The translations under genes and the position numbers were made by a program. Below are positions 38,234-50,995 of a DNA stretch of 64,000 nt, in pieces. The notes beneath the pieces were generated by a model. The model did no database searches. It saw only the letters and a list, made by a program, of their open reading frames with translations, and was not told the origin of the DNA. Each line of letters starts with the position of its first letter. Position 1 is the stretch's first letter. Origin of the DNA: Macrostomum hystrix (Eukaryota > Animalia > Platyhelminthes); contig CATNEN010000011.1 of assembly GCA_950097015.1 (NCBI GenBank), positions 1,116,001-1,180,000 on the forward strand, written 5' to 3'.

Positions 38234-40239
38234 CTATTTAGAGCCGCTATGCGAGGCGGCCCATTTCTGTTTGGCCTGCATCAAGCGACTGTTTAGCTCA
38301 GTCAAACGTTGCCGATTAGGATTGGCCGAGTTGCTATCGGGTGCCTGCTCAAACTCAGTCAGTAGATCCTTGGCCGTTGCTAGCGCCTGTCCTGCGAATT
38401 CAACAAGATTATTTGGCGATGCCTTCCTAGTCTCGAGCGTCACTGAGCCGACATTCGATGTGTCCATCTCTAGGCGAGCTCTTAGTCGGCTTAATCGATC
38501 CAAATAATTTGACAGACGAGAATCGTCAGTATCGACAATGATCACAGCAGAGCCTTTAGACGATGAATGCTGAGCTTCTAGACGATCTTCGGCTATTTGC
38601 CGGCGACCGGATTCAACCAGACTGCGCAATCGTCTCAGCCTGGCTAGCTCGGCCTCCTGGCCATTCAGCAGCTGCTCGTGCAGTCGACGCCTCCGCTGCA
38701 ACAGGTCCAACAGGCGAGACTGCCTATCTGCCAGGTGCTTCAATTGAGCCAAGCGGCGATCCAATCTACGCTGCTCCAGCTGGCCGGCTAGCACTGAAGA
38801 CGCGGTGGCTGCGGCAGATTCCAGCGTGGTGGAATCCGGGGCGTCGCAATTGGCTGCCAGGCTGTGCTCGGATTGTTTCTTGGCTTCGAGCAGCCAGGTC
38901 TTGGCCATAGAGAGAGTTCGCTCCGGATCGTCCAGATGAGCTCGAAGGCGCCGAATTCGGTCAGCCAGCTGGGCTGAGCGACCGGCTAGACGGCCGCGTT
39001 CAACCAGAACTCGGCGATGCAAATCTCTCACCCGCTGCAGTTCAGTCAACCATTTCAAATCGTTGTCATCTTCGCCGGGGTCGGCGGCATCATTCTCCTG
39101 ATCGTCCTGGCTAGCATTGTTGAATAGTCGATCTGCCAGGCCTACCAGAGCTCCGTCCAGAGCCGCTTCAGCTTTGGTGAGTGAGTCGGCTGGTTGAGCA
39201 CAGAGCAGCTGATGCTGTGCCGCTCCGTCGCCCTGCAGTTGAAGTCGCAAATGAAGGCCGCGCACCTGCATCGAGTTAACAGCCAGCGAGATCAACCATG
39301 AGTGCTCACTTTTTAATGCTGCTGACAGAACATCCGCAGCTGCGTACGGCTGTACAGTCCATGGACTGGGGGGACACCACACCCTCCTTTAATTACCCCA
39401 GCTAATGCTGTTACACATTTAGTAGCTGGGTTAACTGAAGCAGTGGAGTCGGGAATCGAACACCCGACCTTCAAGTCATAAGCCTGACGCAACAAGGCTA
39501 CAACCACAACAAACGCCATGTACAGACACTGACAAAATTTATATCGAGTTTGATTGGCCAAGGAGGCTTATTCGAACTTTATCCCTATTTTCCCCTTTAG
39601 ACCGCTGGTGGAGCTTCGGACTTCTGTCTGAGAGGTTATGAGTTCGAATCTCAGTAATTTGGATGGGTCATTTGGATCAGTCCATAGACTGAACATTTGT
39701 ACACAATATTTGATAGCTGCAAGATCTACCATTCGCTGTGGATCTAATCCAATTAGTAAAAGGTTTATTGTTTATCAATTGTTGACATTTGATTGACAAA
39801 GGAAGTAGGGGCGGTCTCTAATTATTATTATTACCTGTTCAACAAAGCACTCCAAGGCTTCACGATATTCTTGTTCGACGTTAGCATTTTCCTGAGCGTC
39901 ATCGTCCAGCTGCTGCTGCTGCTGAGAATCATCCGCAAGTGTTTCTAACCTTCTAGGCAAACAATTTTTGATGCTTTCGAAAGCCTCCAACTGACTGGCC
40001 AGAGTGGAACAGTGGGCCAATTCTAGCAGGCCTAGCAGGACTTGCCTAGCAGTGCCAGCAGCGCTACGGCTGTGGATACCGCTGGCTCGCCAGATCAGCG
40101 GCAATTCGTCAATGCTGCGTCTAAGATGCTGCAGATTGATGTCATCGGTGGCATTGTTGTAGGCTCTGGCTAGTACATCAGCTTGGCTAGCTGCTATTGA
40201 CACACCAGTGGACTCGATTAGGCGAAGGAAAGCATCCAT
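38234..40239 (-). CDS. Coiled-coil protein (467 aa), weakly resembling HAUS augmin-like complex subunit 3
   Basis: Exons 40239-39835 (donor cag|gtaata) and 39232-38234 (ctgcag|GGC), phase 0, open to the stop. Segments AQHQL, LADRQSRLLDLL...EAELARLR and IVDTDD recall HAUS3 from memory. The gene model is firmer than the family call. Confidence 0.6.
39330..39510 (-). mobile_element. SINE family 1 copy with internal deletion, in the intron of the coiled-coil gene
   Basis: cagtccatggactgggg...gggaatcgaacacccgaccttcaag. Confidence 0.8.
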
Positions 40240-40343
40240 TATTAAATTTAATAAAAAGACTGAAAATGTATGGATGATGATTATTTTTAAAGAATATTAG
40301 TTTAGTTTCCTAATTCCCCTAGTATTACACTTGTATAGCAATA

Positions 40344-40873
40344 GGGTAATGTATCATCAACCAAACAAGAATGTGTATTTTTTTAACTTCAAACCTAAGC
40401 TACAGATTTTCTATTTAAGATATGATGATAAATCAAAAGCCAAGTTATAGAAAACAGTTACATCTTTCTAAAAAGTATCTGCTTTTGCTATTTTATCAAA
40501 TAGAAAAAAAGTTATTCCTGCTTTTTTATCCAAAACCGAACAATGATTTTCATGTATCTTCAAACCAAATGGAGAATTTGATGTTCAGTTTTACAATTTG
40601 AGTGAGTGGTTTAATCTTATATTAAGGAGTGAACTATCATGAATTATGTTATTTGAAAGCATTTTTCATGCTCTATAAATAACTACATTTATGGTCATTT
40701 AATTGGCAAGCAACCACATACAATCTTCGTCTAAAGTACAAACTGAAAAAATGTTGTTAAAAAGTATGCTTTTGCAATAAAAATTTCTACTGAAACATCA
40801 ATCTTTCTTTCTTTCTTTCTTTATCTTATCTTTCTTATCTTATCTTATCTTTCTCTTTCCTCTTATCTTTCTT

Positions 40874-40907
<34 letters not shown>

Positions 40908-41087
40908 TCTTTCCTCTTAATGCTTCATTGCACATCATGCCTCAGCTTGTAGATAATTTCTTAAACTTTCAAATTAGTTGTTCTGTGAAACACAATAGCT
41001 TGTTTCTGTCTTGCACGAGACCAAGGAAGAAGTCAAAATTCTTGTTCGGTTTTGAAGATACACTGTTCGGTTGATGATACATTACCC
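40344..41087. mobile_element. MITE / non-autonomous DNA transposon with TA target duplication
   Basis: Perfect 21-bp inverted repeat tagggtaatgtatcatcaacc (40342-40362) / ggttgatgatacattacccta (41069-41089), including the flanking TA; no coding capacity. Confidence 0.75.
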
Positions 41088-42766
41088 TACACTTAACTCA
41101 ATACTGCTTCAGTTTAGCTAGCTATAAAATAAGTAGTTAGAGACAGGGAAAATGGTTTCACATTTGCTGCAGTGTACTTTTATATTTTTTAGCCTTCATT
41201 CTTTCCAACCATCAGTATCAGCATTAGATGTGACAGCTGATTGAGCACTAGTGTGGTACTCTATGGACTAAGCAGACATGCTCCAGAATAGTTAAAGCAA
41301 TGCTGATTACTATAAATCTGCAAAATGATGGCATACTTCATTAAAAATTATAACTATCTTATTTTCTTATCTATGACTGAAAGAAAGGCATAAAAAGGGA
41401 CTTTTCAGCAAGAAATTAATTTCATTATAGCTTTCAAAGATATTTTCTTTTGCCAAAAGAATAATATAGTAACATCATAGTAGAAAGAGGGCTTAAGCAT
41501 AAGATTTTGACCCTGATACTAATTTAGTAATATTGCAATTTTCAATTGCCTATAATTGCTACACTAGTATAAATGTATGCTCTAAGTAAATGAATGAATT
41601 ATGATATACGAACTATGAAATATGAACTAGCTAAGTAACATAGTATCAGGCCATACCTATAGGCCTAACAGTTAGTTTTTAGTTATGATCTAGCTATACT
41701 GTAACAATTATATTTTTTATAAATAATAACATAGCTTGACACCATTTTGGAAATTTTATCAGACTCTGAAAAAAGGCTAATAGGCCTAGGCTTTTATTTT
41801 TTATGGGTTTGGTTATTTAATTAGGTCTATGTTGGGTTCTGGTCTCTTTGTCTGATGCCATCTTGTCTATCAACAGACAAGTTGACTTTGGCAAACTTGA
41901 CCTTAACTGAAATCAGAAGAAATAAATCACCTTGCTTGCATTCCAGTGCAATGCTAGTGTCTGATTAGAATAGAAGCTGACTATTTATTAATTGGACTAG
42001 TTTGAACAGATTTGTACATTAGTTTTGTTATATGTAAATGAAAGGAAAGGTCAACTTGCTGCTTAAATATAGGCCTACCAAATTTGTTTATATACATAAC
42101 AGTTTGTGTCTGTGTTTATGATATCTTACAATTGCTTTCATGTCACTATATGATAAATAGTAGGCTTATATAATTATTTTGTGGCAATAAAAGTCATTGC
42201 AGACAATTTTGTTTTAATTGTCTTAAAGGCAATCGAGTTTGTGCAAAGCTTCTTTTACCGATAAGTTAATAGCCAAAGAGATGGCGGCAGATGAAAACCA
42301 TATAAGTCTTCTGCATGGATTAAATATTAGGTTGGGCCAAGCAAGTTAGCAACAACTACAAATATCACTGATTTCACTGAAGCTCCAACACTAAATCAAT
42401 AACAGTATATACTGTTGCTTATTTTAATTAGAATCCATTTCCCTTTGGCTGGTAGGTTGCTATACGACCCCTTATGCAATGGGGCATGTCCAGCACGCAC
42501 GTCAGCCATCGCCCATCCTGATAGGCATAGGCTCTTGCGCGGCCCTTATATTTTAGGAAAAGTGAATCGTGATATTTTTATTAATATATTATTTATTTTG
42601 GATAGTGTCATTTATATAATAGAAAAGCTAGAGTATATTTAAAAGGACCACTAAAAGTTATTACAATTATCTGCCAATGTGCCATAAAAAATATAGCATT
42701 AAAGATGCAATTCAGAGCTAACAGATATAGTTTTCTAAGAAACTGTGATGTTTTGAAAGCATGCGC

Positions 42767-43192
42767 CAGTGGCGTATCTAGGATTTTAAAATGGGGGGGG
42801 GTAAATTTGCTGTTTCAACTATCAGAGAAAATGAGTCGCATGCTGCTGCTAAAAACTGAAATAACCTTTTGTAGTCCATTTGCAGACAACGATTTCGCTA
42901 CCTTTTTAATTACTTTGTTATACATTTCGAGAGTCAGAGACTCAAAATCAGAGTCATCAGAGACGTCACCGTCTTTAAATGTCACTGAGAGACGAGACGG
43001 CGAGACACAGACGAGACGAGACAGAGATAGTTCAGATTCAGATTCAGAATATCATTGTGCCGAATAACGACATTACGACTATGACATTCCGCCATAACGT
43101 TCGTCTTCGACTTTTCGTGGGTTGGTGACACTCTTCGGTCGGCGAAATGGGGGAAATATCCCCGTATCCCCCCCTAGATACGCCGGCCGCTG
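42767..43192. mobile_element. hAT-type MITE
   Basis: Termini cagtggcgtatctagg / cctagatacgccggccgctg, flanked by an 8-bp near-perfect duplication gcatgcgc / gtatgcgc. Confidence 0.72.
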
Positions 43193-43949
43193 GTATGCGC
43201 TAATTGGTAACAATTTTTAAATAAAGTAACTAATTTTACGTCTATTTATAAACATAACTTCTTTAATGTAACGTTTTGAATCATTGCCTTGTTTCTGTTC
43301 TTCGACAGTAACTATAGTATTTAAGCAAATTAAATCGTATTTTCTTTATTCAAACTCATATTGGCTTTAAACAGGCTGGTGGGGGTTTGCCTGCGTCATT
43401 AGTAAATTATATACGTATTGGTAATCAGTGCAAGGCATAATGTATTCGTTAATATATATTTTTTCTGCCATAATACACGTACTCACTAAGTCGCATGAGG
43501 TTTATTGTGAGCTTATGCTTACAATTAAGTGGTCAAGAGTGCAAGAAGTCAGTTATGTTTTAATGATGGTTGAGTGACGGAGCTGACACACGTCAGCCAT
43601 GTGAATCCCAGGACCATTAAATCAGTTCTTCGAATTCCTCGAATTTCATCGAATTTCATCTTCTATTATCGGGGGTGAGGCCCTCGTGCAATACTTTCTC
43701 GTACGATCCTAGTGAACCAGCTTTTGTGAGTTGCGTTTTTTACAACCACTTGCACACAACATTATTCAAGTTAGATCAATGTATAGCTCTACTGACCGTA
43801 AAGAACTAGTTGACAATGACTATACAATACTGTCGACGACAATTGGCTGTGAGAAACCAGAGCTTAGAAATTTAAGAAATTGAGCAATTGATTGCTAACC
43901 CTAAACGCTTATTGAAAGTTAATTTTTATTATCACGCAATATACTCGTA

Positions 43950-45436
43950 CAAGGGGTGCTAGCTGGGATAGTACATCGTTTGGACATAAATTGCGATTTC
44001 ACTTGCTGCGGAAGACAGGTCGCAAATCTCAGTCAATCCTGCAATCCCTCTGCTTAATCAGTCTTTAAGCAAATCAGTTCAACAGTTGGCACAAGTTAAC
44101 CGTTCAGCAGGCTGAATATTGCTAAAAAACACAAGATGGCATCAGATTCAAAGCAAGACCTCAAACCAGCAATGCGTGGCGTCATTCGCTTCTGGATCGA
44201 CAGCGGATGCACAAATGCGGCTGACATGCACGCAGAGCTTGTTGCGACATATGGAGAGGCCGTGCCAAGCGAACCGACTGTCCGACGGTGGGTTTGCGAG
44301 TTCAAAGAGGGCCGTACCTCCCTTGACGACATCGCGCCTGGCCCATCTGGCTCCACGCCGGCGCAGGTGCACGCCCGTCTGCAAAGCGTTCTCGCTGTTA
44401 AAGCTGCTGTAAAAGCTGCGCCTAAGAGCTCACTTCGCAGGCTTTCTGCTACTGTTGGCCTTTCAAATCCATATGTGCACGAGATTCTCAAGACCGATCT
44501 TGGGCTGTCCCGCCTCTCCTGTCGATGATGGATTCCGCGCATCCTCACGCCAAAGCAGAAGAGTCGACGTGTCGAAGTTGCGCACGCGCTACCAGCGCGT
44601 GCGCAACCGAGGGTCAGCCTTTCCTTGACAAGATCATAACGTGCGACGAGACGTGGCTGCCCTTTTTGAGTCGGCTGGCAAGCAGAAAGACGATGAGTGA
44701 TGTGTGCGAGGCTCAAACTCGCCTACGAAGCCTAGGCAGAAGTGGAAAAAGAAGATCATGATCTCTCTCTTCTTCGATGGCCAAGGTCCCCTGCTGGTCG
44801 ACTTTCTGCCGGATGGCAAGACCGTCAACTCAGTGCACTACCAGAAACAGCTTGAGCGCCTTAAAGTGGCTGTTATTGCGAATCGACGCGGCACGTGGCG
44901 AAGCGGTCGTAGCGAGTATTTAGCGCATTCAAGCAGCTCATGCAGGGTCGAGTGCTTGGCAGCGACCGCGCGCAAGTGGAGGCCGAGGCGATGCGCGGGC
45001 TTCGCTCGCAGGAATTCCGCTCCGTTTATTGGCACGCCATCAACGAGCTCCCGAAGAAGTGGGCAAAGGTGATCGCCGTCAAGGGCGAGTACATTAATGA
45101 GGGAATGAAGGAGGAGGATTGCGATGATTGTGATGACATTTGATTCTTTTGCTTGAGATTTTTGAACAACGGTTGTGTCCCCGTTTCACCCCTGACCCTC
45201 CAATCCTAGTGGCTTTAAACTTTTATCTTTCAGCAGCTGGTGAAAATCGCAATTTATGTCCGTGGATATCTACACTCGAGGGGCCATAACTCAGCTAATA
45301 AAAGTGCTAGAGAAAAAAGTCAACACTCATCTAGACCATTGATAGTGTTTCTTTAAGCTAACTGCTGCTTTAGGCAATTTAGATGGTGTTGTAGAAAGTA
45401 GTGCCCAGACGATCACTATCCCAGCTAGCACCCCTA
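43950..45436 (+). mobile_element. Degenerate Tc1/mariner DNA transposon
   Basis: Left TIR after TA: caaggggtgctagctgggatagtacatcgtttggaca; right TIR tgcccagacgatcactatcccagctagcacccct. Internal transposase remnants. Confidence 0.88.
44136..45144 (+). pseudogene. Mariner transposase pseudogene
   Basis: HTH region (PTVRRWVCEFKEGR), in-frame stop before WIPRILT, frameshifts around IITCDETW and KIMISLFFD; the HDNA and YSPDL catalytic segments are missing; C-terminal LPKKWAKVIAVKGEY. Confidence 0.85.
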
Positions 45437-46440
45437 GCTGGGATCTATAGCAAATATATTCATATTTGTAATTATAAATATGAGGACGAGTATATTTTCC
45501 AAATTATCAGCTGACTTATAGAATTTCGTTCGAGACTGCGGTGTGTTTAGAAAAGCTTGTTATCATTGTCAATCAAATAATAAAAAAATTTCTATTGTCC
45601 TCAAATAAAATTTACCGGTGGTGTCATATTGAGAGGACTTTAAAATCCTATTCAATATGAAATCGGACAGACTGTACCTACCAACCAATACTAATGAGCA
45701 CTTGATGGAATAACTGGGGTCAAATCATGCCTATAAACGGAACTTTGAGTTGTTAATCTAAGGCAGCTATTGTCAATAAATCTGTAAAAAATAAGTAGTT
45801 CAAAAATTAGGTACAGCTCAATACTGGCTACATTTTTTAACAATTAAGAAAGTTCATGCAGGGGACATTCAGTGTCAGAGTGATAAAATATCCAACTCTT
45901 ACATCTAGAGGTCCCAGAGCTCGAATCCACAGCTGAATAGAAGACTTTTGAGCTAGCTGTACAATACACACAGCTTGCCACCCATGAGAGCCAACCCTCC
46001 TAGGCATCTGCATTGGCGGATGTGTGAGTGTGTGCCTGCGTAATTATCCTGCGTTGTTGTGTGTCCAGGGTCAGGGGAATGGGCTGAAGTACTTCATCTC
46101 CATGGCTACGAGTCGACTCTTGCTATTAATACGTATTGAATATTTAACAGACAAATGTTACAATAAGTACATGTATTAGCGCTATGATTGAGCAGAAAAA
46201 GTTAAAGCAAAACCGAATTCGAGAGTTGAAAAAACCTCTATCAAAGTTGCTTAACAATGTTTTTAAGCTAAATATTTGAAATCGGCTAGGTAATCTTGCT
46301 TAGATTGGCTTGGATAAATTGGCTCAGTTAAAAATGACACCCGAGCAGTATTGGCTTTGCTTTACGTCAACTCTATACGCTGTCAAGGAAACAGCAGTGG
46401 AAAATGTTTAATTATCACACAGAAATAGTTCATGTTCGCA

Positions 46441-49400
46441 TCAGAACCTGGCGATCTCCTGCTCAGCCGCTGCCAGCTTCTCCATGCGGTCAGCCATGTA
46501 ACGCCGTCTGGCACCGATCAGGGGATTCTCCTCGCGCAGCTTGTCAAACAGCGGCTGCGGGTCGGTGACGAGAATGATGAGCGACTCGCGCAGCTTCTCA
46601 GCCATCTTGTGCAGCATGTAGTGCATGACGGTCAGGGTGACTGTGTCCTGCAGGCGCCGGACAGACACCCGGATGTAGGCCTCGGCTCCGTCTAGAACTC
46701 GACGCGTGTTACGCTCGACAATATCCTGGATGGTCATCATCGGCTGCTGCTCGTTGCTAATGCGACCCTCGCTGTCATTTCTTGTTGGATCCTCACTATG
46801 CTGCGGCAGCCGAAGCTTGTTGTTGTAAGGCCTTTTTGAAGTTTGTTGTAAAGTATAGTAAATCTTCTTTATCTATAGTATTCCGTAAGCCTGGAGTCTA
46901 GGTGCTAGACTTGTAACAATATCGACTGTAATCTCTCTTGCTGCAGGGCGTCACATTTTCACATCACATCACATGAAAAGTGGCCAAAGTTATGTTACTT
47001 ACGTATGCAAGTAGCTATCGTGCAAAATTGTTTCATAAACAGTGCTCCACTGTAATACTTTAGTCAGTTAAGCAAGCTGAGAACTCTATTACAAAGAGCT
47101 ATGACCTAGTTGTAACGTAACCTTAATTACCATATTTTTTATTTGCTTGCTGGCTTTTCTGATTGTAAACAAAAACACTCTCTCACTTCTCTTTTTCCAT
47201 CAAAAATATCCTGTCTTGCGTGAAGACGAACTCTTCCTCTGTGAAGATGTTCTTGATTTGCTCCCTGGCCAGATCGACTTGGCTCGTCCTGATGCCTTCG
47301 CACACCTCCTTGATGAACTGGTTGAAGGACGGGTAGTCGCTGAAAACAAGGTCGGCCAGGTTCCGAACCGTCTCGTCGACCTCCTGGTTGACGGAGACCA
47401 AGAAGGCACTGCAGGGCTCGCGCACCAGCTTGAGGAAGTGGTTGCGCACGAGCCGCTCGACCACCGGGTACACGTTGTCGAAGCCCGGCAGCTCGCAGCC
47501 TCTCTGCTGTTCGATGTCCTGCCTGGCGGCCTCCCACATCGCTGTCACTGAAATCATGGAATTCACGAACAGAGTGCGACTGCGCAAATGTAGCTACACT
47601 AGCTGATGTGATAAGCGCTTCGATAGCTTTCAATACTTTGGCGGGAGCAAACCTTCAGTCCTTTCGGAGAAGGCGCACATCTCGATCTCGTCGGCCAGCG
47701 TCTCCCAGTGCTTGCGGCAGCGGCCGAACAGCCTGTCTGGCTCGTGACGGTGCGTTCCCGTGGCCACGTTGGAGAAGTCCGTGGTGAACTTGTTCAGCAT
47801 CCTGGCTAGTAGGCGCTTCATCTCGTCGTCATTCTCCGGCGGTCCGGTTCCAATGCTTTCCAGCTGTTTGCACATTTCTTCTCTCTTTACCTATTTCGGG
47901 AATTTTTATGCTTAGAATAGTTAGCAAGGGCATACGTGGCTCTGTACTTTGTATCGTCTCTCGTATCACTCGTTAAGAATTCCAGCTGCTCGGGCAAGTA
48001 CAATTTCGACATTAAAAAATCACCTGAATCTCCCTCATCAGCTCGGGAATATTGTGCTTGATCGCTTCGTAAAGCTCGCTGCTCAGCTTCACTGCCAGAG
48101 TCTTTGTTCCGTACTCGAACTTATCAAGAGCTCGAAAGTGCCTGTGAGTGCGGAAGAACACTTCCTCCTCCTTGCTAGCCTGCTGCAGGCTCATGTTGTC
48201 CTTCAGCTGCTGCGCTGTGCGACACCTCACGGAGACGTAGCCCTTCTTTAACGGAATCCTCTGGTTACGCATCAGCGCCAGAACTTCCGACTCTGAGCCC
48301 GGGTTGACCAGATCCGGACAGGTGAGAACACCGATTGTCCGCTTCGACTCCGGGTCCACCTCCTTCGCTAGAGACAGAGCTTCGACAGTCTCGATGTCAA
48401 CGTGGCAGGGAATGACGACCAGAATGATGACCTCCGGTTTCTGAATGTAGCTCAGAATGAGAGACTTTGTTAGGCCAGCAACTGAGCAGCCGCCTTCGAT
48501 TGAGAATCTAAAAGTAAAGGTATCGTTTGATGTAGTATCAAAACTCTCTAATCAACTTTAATAAAAAAACTTACCTGGCTATGCCTGGCAGATCAATAAG
48601 GGTCAGGTCAGGCGAATCCGGGCTCTCAACCCACAGTTCGATGATGTGCTCAGAGATCTCTCCAGGCGAGCTGGTCATCTCATTCTGAGCCTCCCTGATG
48701 GCTGACCCGATCTCGTTCGACGCTTTAAGAGTTTTCTCCCGATCCTCACCGCTTTTAGTTTTGTATCTGCACGGGAATTTCGAGACATCAAGCTAGATCA
48801 GGGGTCGGGCCAGATGAGGCCTCGAAGTCCGGTCTGTTGCTCCTTCCGACACCTACAGTATCCTGTCTCATCTCTCCGCTGCCTTATCTCTCCAGTGTCT
48901 CATCTCTCCAGTGTCTCATCTCTCACGTGTCTCATCTCTCCAGTGTCTCATCTCTCCCGTTTCTCATCTCTCCCGTGTCTCATCTCTCCCGTGTCTCATC
49001 TCTCCCGTTTCTCATCTCTCCCGTGTCTCATCTCTCCCGTGTCTCATCTCTCCCGTTTCACAACTCTCCCGTGTCTCATCTCTCCCGTGTCTAATCTCTC
49101 CCGGGTCTCATCTCTCCCGTGTCTAATCTCTCCTGTGTCTCATCTCTACCGTGTATCATCTCTCCCGTGTCTCATCTCTCTGCTACCTCATCTCTCCTGT
49201 GTCCTGTCTCCTCATCTCTTCTCATCTCCCCCTTGTCATCTCTTCTGTCTCATCTCTCCCCGATCTCATATTTCTACAGTCAATGCGGCCTGCTGTCGTC
49301 TTTTAGACTCTCTCTTTGATAGGCTAGCTATAATAAGTTTGCCGACCCATGCGCTAGAGTTTAAATTCTACTCGAATTAGTCTGTTTGCGAGTCAAACAA

Positions 49401-50995
49401 ACAAGGCATTCGTGAAATTTATTATGAAGTCATTGAAATATGACGTTACTTGTGTTATAATGATCATTTAAATTCAATTAAGGTTTACACGTAGTTTGGT
49501 GCACTTGTGGTCAAACGAAAATATACCATCTGGAGAGATGGTGCCAATTTAATTCGAAACGTGAAAAGGCTCAGTTTTGTTCTGACCAGCTATTGCATCC
49601 GGTCATGCAGTCAACTTACAGACCCTTATCGATCAGTCACAGCTAATTGTGTTGCTACATCTACGAGTATCTGCCTGAAGATCATCGGTTGTAACTTGCT
49701 ACCACAGGTATCAGGTATATGTACAGGCATTTGCCCGCTAGATTTCTTCATCGAGTATAAAATTGCTGTTTACAAACTACTGTTCAAAGAGCTTGGCTTC
49801 GCAATCAACCTGTCTCTCCCCCCATCTCTCTCTAAAGACTTTGCACATCGCTCGATGCTGTTCGAAAACTTTTTGTAAACATTAAATTGCCAATGCGATT
49901 AAGTAAACATGTGTGTTGCTACTAAACTGTATATTTTTTCTCGATATCCTTTGCATAAATAATACTGCAAAACTGAATAAACCTGGTTAAAACTTAAAGT
50001 TAAAGCAGACAAAATTGTACAACCTATTTGACAACCAACTGAAGCACAGGGCCTCACTTGCGTCATTCAAGGTGTCTTAGGCAAAAAAGTGTCTAATTGA
50101 GGCACGAAAGTGTCTTCTAATGAGGTACGAAAGCGTCCTCTAATGAGGCACTAAAATGTCCTCTAACGAGGTACCAAAGTGTACTCTACCTTTATAAGGT
50201 ACATTGTTACAATTGTTATATTGTTACAGTTATAAGGTATTATAATGAGGCTTAGGCTAACTCTTCTAAAGTAGTCTTTTACGATCGTAATGAAGGGGCC
50301 AATAAGTATTAGAAGACGCCAGAACGGACTGAGGGAGGAGCGCTGATCACTGGATTTCGGGGTCTTGGACGCCTATACTTACGCCCTTGCAAATTTTCAC
50401 AATGCTCACGATCATAAAGGCAAAACTGAATAACTAAAAGCTTTTCTTTATATCATCGAAAGTGAATTGAACAGTTCAGGGAAAGGCGTACTTAAAATTC
50501 AACTTACTTTATCCTCGCCGACCAACCAGCATCATCCCTGCTACGCATGCTGAGCATCAGAGGGCATCGGGTGACAATGCCCGAGCCTCGGGGCAGCTCA
50601 ACGCCAGAAATGGCTTCCAAGACGGACGACTTGCCAACGGATTGGTCGCCGACAACTGCGATAGCCGGCAACCGGATGTCCTTCTGAAGGCCCTGGGCTC
50701 GAAGAAGATCAATGGCATTGAGGCAGGGCTTTAGCCGCTCTCGGAATGCTCGGCTTAGCGCGGGAGCGAATGAATCGCCCGGTTCCAAAGTGTTTTGATC
50801 GGAACGCATAGGCGACATTTTCGATTGGCTGCCATAGCCGCTGGAATTTTGACCATTTTCAAAGTCGTCGAGTTCTGACGTATTCGGTTTAGACACAAAG
50901 CTCCTACTATCGTCATCGAATGGAGGTCGCTTAGGCTGCTGCTGCTGTTGAGCAAAGGATGGCTGGCTGCCGCTTCTCTGCGGCTCGTTCGGCAT
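46441..50995 (-). CDS. MX: Mx-like dynamin-superfamily large GTPase (~733 aa)
   Basis: Exons 50995-50508, 48766-48575, 48507-48024, 47890-47637, 47579-47187 and ~46831-46441 (last acceptor least certain). Motifs [38 protein letters not shown] (G1/G2), LIDLPGI (G3), TCPD (G4), RGCELPGF (stalk) and a C-terminal GED. Confidence 0.92.
48860..49270 (+). repeat. 16-bp minisatellite in Mx intron 1
   Basis: Same unit as the HCN 16-mers. Confidence 0.92.
50090..50190 (+). repeat. Short ~23-bp tandem repeat (taatgaggcacgaaagtgtcctc-like)
   Basis: Four to five imperfect units. Confidence 0.7.
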
